Assembly: GCA_009694805.1 (NCBI GenBank)
Contig: SICM01000004.1
Location: 635 to 64,634, forward strand
Source of the DNA: Candidatus Latescibacterota bacterium
Lineage (GTDB): Bacteria > Latescibacterota > UBA2968 > SICM01
Direction of reading: 5' to 3'
DNA length: 64,000 nucleotides
Of the stretch, positions 61,089-64,000 are shown one piece after another (the first letter of the stretch is position 1; each line of letters starts with the position of its first letter). The notes beneath the pieces were generated by a model. The model saw nothing but the letters and a program-made list of their open reading frames with translations. It was not told the origin of the DNA and did not search any database. The position numbers were made by a program, and so were the translations under genes.

Positions 61089-62186
61089 CTATCGCTGGCG
61101 CCCCAGGCTTTTCAAAAACTGATAATGGGACTTGACAGCCGACCATACGGTGGGGTAACAGGTGTAGGGGATGGCGAACTCCCGGCAGGTCTCCTCGACG
61201 ATCTTGCTGATGGCCGGGTAATGAACGTGACAGACTTTCGGAAAGAGATGATGCTCAATCTGAAAATTCAACCCCCCCAGGTACCAGGCTGCCAGCCTGC
61301 TCCGGGGGGCGAAATTCGCCGTGGTGTCCACCTCGTGGATGGCCCACTCGTTCTCCATCTCGCCGGTCCTGGCGTCGGGCCTGGGGAAGGTGTTTCCCTC
61401 CACGGCGTGCGCCAGTTGAAACACCGTCGCAAAAGTGAGCCCCAGGATCATATGGACGCCCAGGAACGCGATGAAAACGTACAGCGGGGGGTGAAAAAAA
61501 CAGGGCAGCACGAGCGCATACCCAAAGTAAAAAGCCTTCATGAGAAAAAACAGGACCGACTCCCACAAGGCCGGACGGTGTATCTTCTGGCTGCCGATGC
61601 GGCCTGAAAAGAATTTGTGAAAATCGGAAAAGGTGACCAGTGAAAGGGTCAGCAGACTGTAAATCGGAAAGGCATACAGGTGCTGAAAACGATGATAAAA
61701 ATGCCACGTCTGGTCCGGGCTCAGGCGCATCACACCTTGGGTGCAGATGTCCGGGTCCAGTTCGTGGATGTTAGTATAGGTGTGGTGCAACAGGTTATGC
61801 TTTCGCCGCCAGAAAATGTGGCTGCCCCCGATCATATCCAGCATGAACCCCATGGTCCAGTTGACCTTCCGGTTTCTGGAGTAGCTGCCGTGCGCGCCGT
61901 CGTGCATCACGTTGAAGCCGATGAGCACGGAACCCTGCGCAACGGCCAGGGCAGCCACGGAAGCCACGATCCACGAGGTGGAACCAAAGACCAGCAGAGC
62001 GTAGGCCCCCGCGAACCCCGCCAGAATGATGCCGGTCTTCAGAAACACGCGCCAGTCTCCGGTTTGAGGAACTCCCTTTTCTGCAAAATATTCGTGGACG
62101 CGCCGCTTCAAGGCGTCGTGAAAACCCACGCAGTGATGAAACCGGGCCTTCTTCACGCCAGCAACTTCTTCTTTTGTAACCACCAT
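61089..62186 (-). CDS. membrane fatty-acid desaturase
   Basis: Three histidine boxes HDGAH, HNLLHH, HHLFP. AT-richer than its neighbours. ATG 62186 after GGAGGG, with alternative GTG 62156. Confidence 0.85.
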   Translation of the reverse strand: MVVTKEEVAGVKKARFHHCVGFHDALKRRVHEYFAEKGVPQTGDWRVFLKTGIILAGFAGAYALLVFGSTSWIVASVAALAVAQGSVLIGFNVMHDGAHGSYSRNRKVNWTMGFMLDMIGGSHIFWRRKHNLLHHTYTNIHELDPDICTQGVMRLSPDQTWHFYHRFQHLYAFPIYSLLTLSLVTFSDFHKFFSGRIGSQKIHRPALWESVLFFLMKAFYFGYALVLPCFFHPPLYVFIAFLGVHMILGLTFATVFQLAHAVEGNTFPRPDARTGEMENEWAIHEVDTTANFAPRSRLAAWYLGGLNFQIEHHLFPKVCHVHYPAISKIVEETCREFAIPYTCYPTVWSAVKSHYQFLKSLGRQR

Positions 62187-63619
62187 TCTTGAATATCCCT
62201 CCGCAGGTTTTTGTCTGAGACAAGAAGCGTAACGATATAGACCGCCAGTCCGGCCCCGGCGGCGACCCCCGCGCGCATCCACCATGCGCTGCCCTCCAGG
62301 GCGTTTGTCGCCGTCACGACCATTCCCCCCATGGTGATGCCCGGAAGCATCGCGGGGTACAGAACGCCAAAGTGCGCCCGAAAACCGGCGCCCGTAGCCC
62401 TCCCGACCTCGCCGACGACCAGCAGGGAGGCCAGCAGATTGCCCGCGGCCACCGCTGCCCCCACCCCCGCGATCCCCCACGTCCGGCCCATCGGGTACAG
62501 GATCACGGCAAAGACGAAAAGCTGGATCAGCATCACCCGTTCGAGACGTTCCGGGTGGCCCGTGGCCTGGAGGAGCGACCCCGGCGCGGTGTTGAAGGCC
62601 TTCAGAAAGCCGAAGACCGAAAGGATCTGCACGACCGGAATGGCGGGGCCCCAGCGCTCCCCGTAGAATCCCCGCACCAGGTCGGAGGCCAGGGTCATGA
62701 GCAGGAGGGAGGCGGGAAGGGTCAGCAGCACAATGGCTCTGACCGTGCGGAGATATCCCCCGCGCAAGGCCTCTGGCTCATCCTGCATCCGGGCGTAGAC
62801 CGGAAAGGCCACCCGCCCCACCACGCTGGAGATGCCGGAGGCCGGAAGGCTGGCCAGGTTGTAGGCGAGCGCGTAGACCCCCAGGGCGGCGATCCCCAGA
62901 ACGCGCCCGACGAAGGCGTTGTCCCCCTGCATCAGAAAGAAGAGGAGGATGCCCGTGACCATCACGTGCCTGCCGTAGCCGGCGATCCCCCGGAACGCCC
63001 CCCGGTCGAACCGGAACGCCGGACGGAACGGCGACAGGGCGTAGGAGGCGACCATCTTCGCGAGGACCCCGGTCACCTGACCGGCCACCAGGGCCCAGAC
63101 GCTCCGGGTGACAAAGAAGGCCATCCCCAGGGTCACAGCCGTGGTGAGCGCCTCCGAGACCTGCTCAAAGATCGTCTGCCGGCGGAAATCGAGATCCCGC
63201 CGGAAGGCCACGACGCCGATGTTGACGAAGCCCTCGATCAGAAAGACCAGGGAGAGAACCCGCAGCACCGGCCCGGCCCGCGCATCCCCGAAGGCCCGCG
63301 CCACCAGCGGGGCGCTCAGGAAAGCCATCGCAAACAGAAGCCCCCCCCGGCAGACGCAGAGGGCCCAGCCGGTGTCCAGATCCCGCCGCGTCGCGTCAGA
63401 TCGCCGGATGAGGGCCAGGTCCACGCCGGTCTGCGTGAACACCCCGAACACCCCCACCGCGAACATGGCCACGCCCATCAGGCCGAAGTCTTCCGGCAGG
63501 AGCAGTCGGGCCAGGACGACCATCTGGGCGAAGGCCAGGATGCGGGTCGAAAAAAACGAGACTCCCGTCCAGAGCCCGCCCCGCAGGACGCGCCCCCGAA
63601 GCCTCTCCATCCCGCTCAT
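62153..63619 (-). CDS. polysaccharide biosynthesis protein / Wzx-type flippase (MOP superfamily)
   Basis: About 489 aa, 12-14 predicted TM helices, typical N-terminus ...FSTRILAFAQMVVLARLLLPEDFGLMG. Confidence 0.85.
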   Translation of the reverse strand: MSGMERLRGRVLRGGLWTGVSFFSTRILAFAQMVVLARLLLPEDFGLMGVAMFAVGVFGVFTQTGVDLALIRRSDATRRDLDTGWALCVCRGGLLFAMAFLSAPLVARAFGDARAGPVLRVLSLVFLIEGFVNIGVVAFRRDLDFRRQTIFEQVSEALTTAVTLGMAFFVTRSVWALVAGQVTGVLAKMVASYALSPFRPAFRFDRGAFRGIAGYGRHVMVTGILLFFLMQGDNAFVGRVLGIAALGVYALAYNLASLPASGISSVVGRVAFPVYARMQDEPEALRGGYLRTVRAIVLLTLPASLLLMTLASDLVRGFYGERWGPAIPVVQILSVFGFLKAFNTAPGSLLQATGHPERLERVMLIQLFVFAVILYPMGRTWGIAGVGAAVAAGNLLASLLVVGEVGRATGAGFRAHFGVLYPAMLPGITMGGMVVTATNALEGSAWWMRAGVAAGAGLAVYIVTLLVSDKNLRRDIQEWWLQKKKLLA

Positions 63620-64000
63620 CGGGTCACGAGCAGCCGCCGGGAAAGACGCCAGGGCTTCTTCTCGTCTTCGGGTTCCTGGGCGGCCTTCGCCTCCTCCGCC
63701 TCCAGTTCCGGAATGACGATCACGATGCCCGCCAGCAGCCAGAAGGGCTCCATGATGCGGACGATGATGAAGGTGTTCGCCGTCAGGGCGTGAGCGGTCA
63801 TGGCCACAACCCCGACCAGGAACCCCATGGCCACGCTCCGGAAGAAGGGATCCTTCGTCACCTTGAACACACTCCACGACTCCCGGTAGATCGACCAGAG
63901 CAGGTAGAGAAAGGCCACCAACCCTACGGCGCCGGTCTCCAGCAGCGTTCGAAAGAACTGCGCGTCGATGAACCGCCATCCCGTCACGCCGTACCCGAAC
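63616..64000 (-). CDS. O-antigen ligase / Wzy-like polymerase, C-terminal part (5' end outside the window)
   Basis: FIDAQFFRTLLETGAVGLVAFLYLL resembles the Wzy_C motif region. The reading frame stays open to the window edge. Confidence 0.65.
   Translation of the reverse strand, partial: FGYGVTGWRFIDAQFFRTLLETGAVGLVAFLYLLWSIYRESWSVFKVTKDPFFRSVAMGFLVGVVAMTAHALTANTFIIVRIMEPFWLLAGIVIVIPELEAEEAKAAQEPEDEKKPWRLSRRLLVTR

Noticed and set aside
20658-63979. Long N-terminal extensions in the ORF track (for example 20658..21686, 30825..31712, 36984..38798, 42765..44111, 46404..47945, 49816..51570, 52015..53952, 61089..62480, 62153..63979).
   Set aside because: Each extension runs through the upstream gene or a repeat in another frame, and its sequence is junk-like. 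Internal starts with SDs coincide with conserved family N-termini and with stop/start coupling to the upstream gene.
1-64000. Prophage, integrative element or IS content.
   Set aside because: No integrase, transposase, recombinase, phage structural genes or tRNA attachment site were seen. Only the two small TA modules and the desaturase look compositionally foreign.

Overview
High-GC bacterial chromosomal segment, gene-dense, with about 61 protein-coding genes and no rRNA, tRNA, CRISPR, transposase or integrase that I could recognise. Layout: (1) 1-1.4 kb, ribosomal protein genes rplM-rpsI-rpsB on the minus strand. (2) 1.5-38.8 kb, a mosaic of sugar and amino-acid scavenging enzymes: Ldh_2 dehydrogenase, ROK regulator, D-aminoacylase, four Gfo/Idh/MocA oxidoreductases, GH116 glucosylceramidase-like hydrolase, CocE/NonD hydrolase, two alpha/beta hydrolases, two MetE-C-terminal-like proteins, an ACAD-like protein, amidohydrolase, ThuA, MoxR-DUF58 and a thioredoxin-TPR protein. 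Two AT-richer toxin-antitoxin pairs are embedded here (BrnT/BrnA and HEPN/MNT). (3) 38.9-64 kb, a large two-armed cell-surface glycan biosynthesis cluster: WecA/MraY-like initiating transferase, seven GT2/GT4 transferases, DegT aminotransferase, epimerase/dehydratases, methyltransferase, a GtrB-like GT2 plus a GT-C-like membrane protein, Wzx flippase and a Wzy/O-antigen-ligase-like protein. The cluster also holds unexpected passengers: an MmgE/PrpD protein, a fatty-acid desaturase, two tandem uncharacterised 397-aa paralogs and a 175-aa orphan. The most unusual content is non-coding. (a) A ~175-210 nt multi-hairpin element occurs four times, always on the same strand, with compensatory stem substitutions and one copy carrying a different interior. 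(b) Nearly every intergenic spacer in the minus-strand operons is built from a small vocabulary of 7-nt (one 10-nt) words, tandemly repeated 3-10 times and often paired with an imperfect inverted array. (c) Three further dispersed GC-rich hairpin families are present. Gene-level anomalies: an in-frame TAG in the ACAD-like gene, a frame break in the GT-C-like gene, and two genes with no ATG/GTG/TTG start at the position their conserved N-termini require. All functional calls come from reading the translated ORFs for family motifs. No database search was run.
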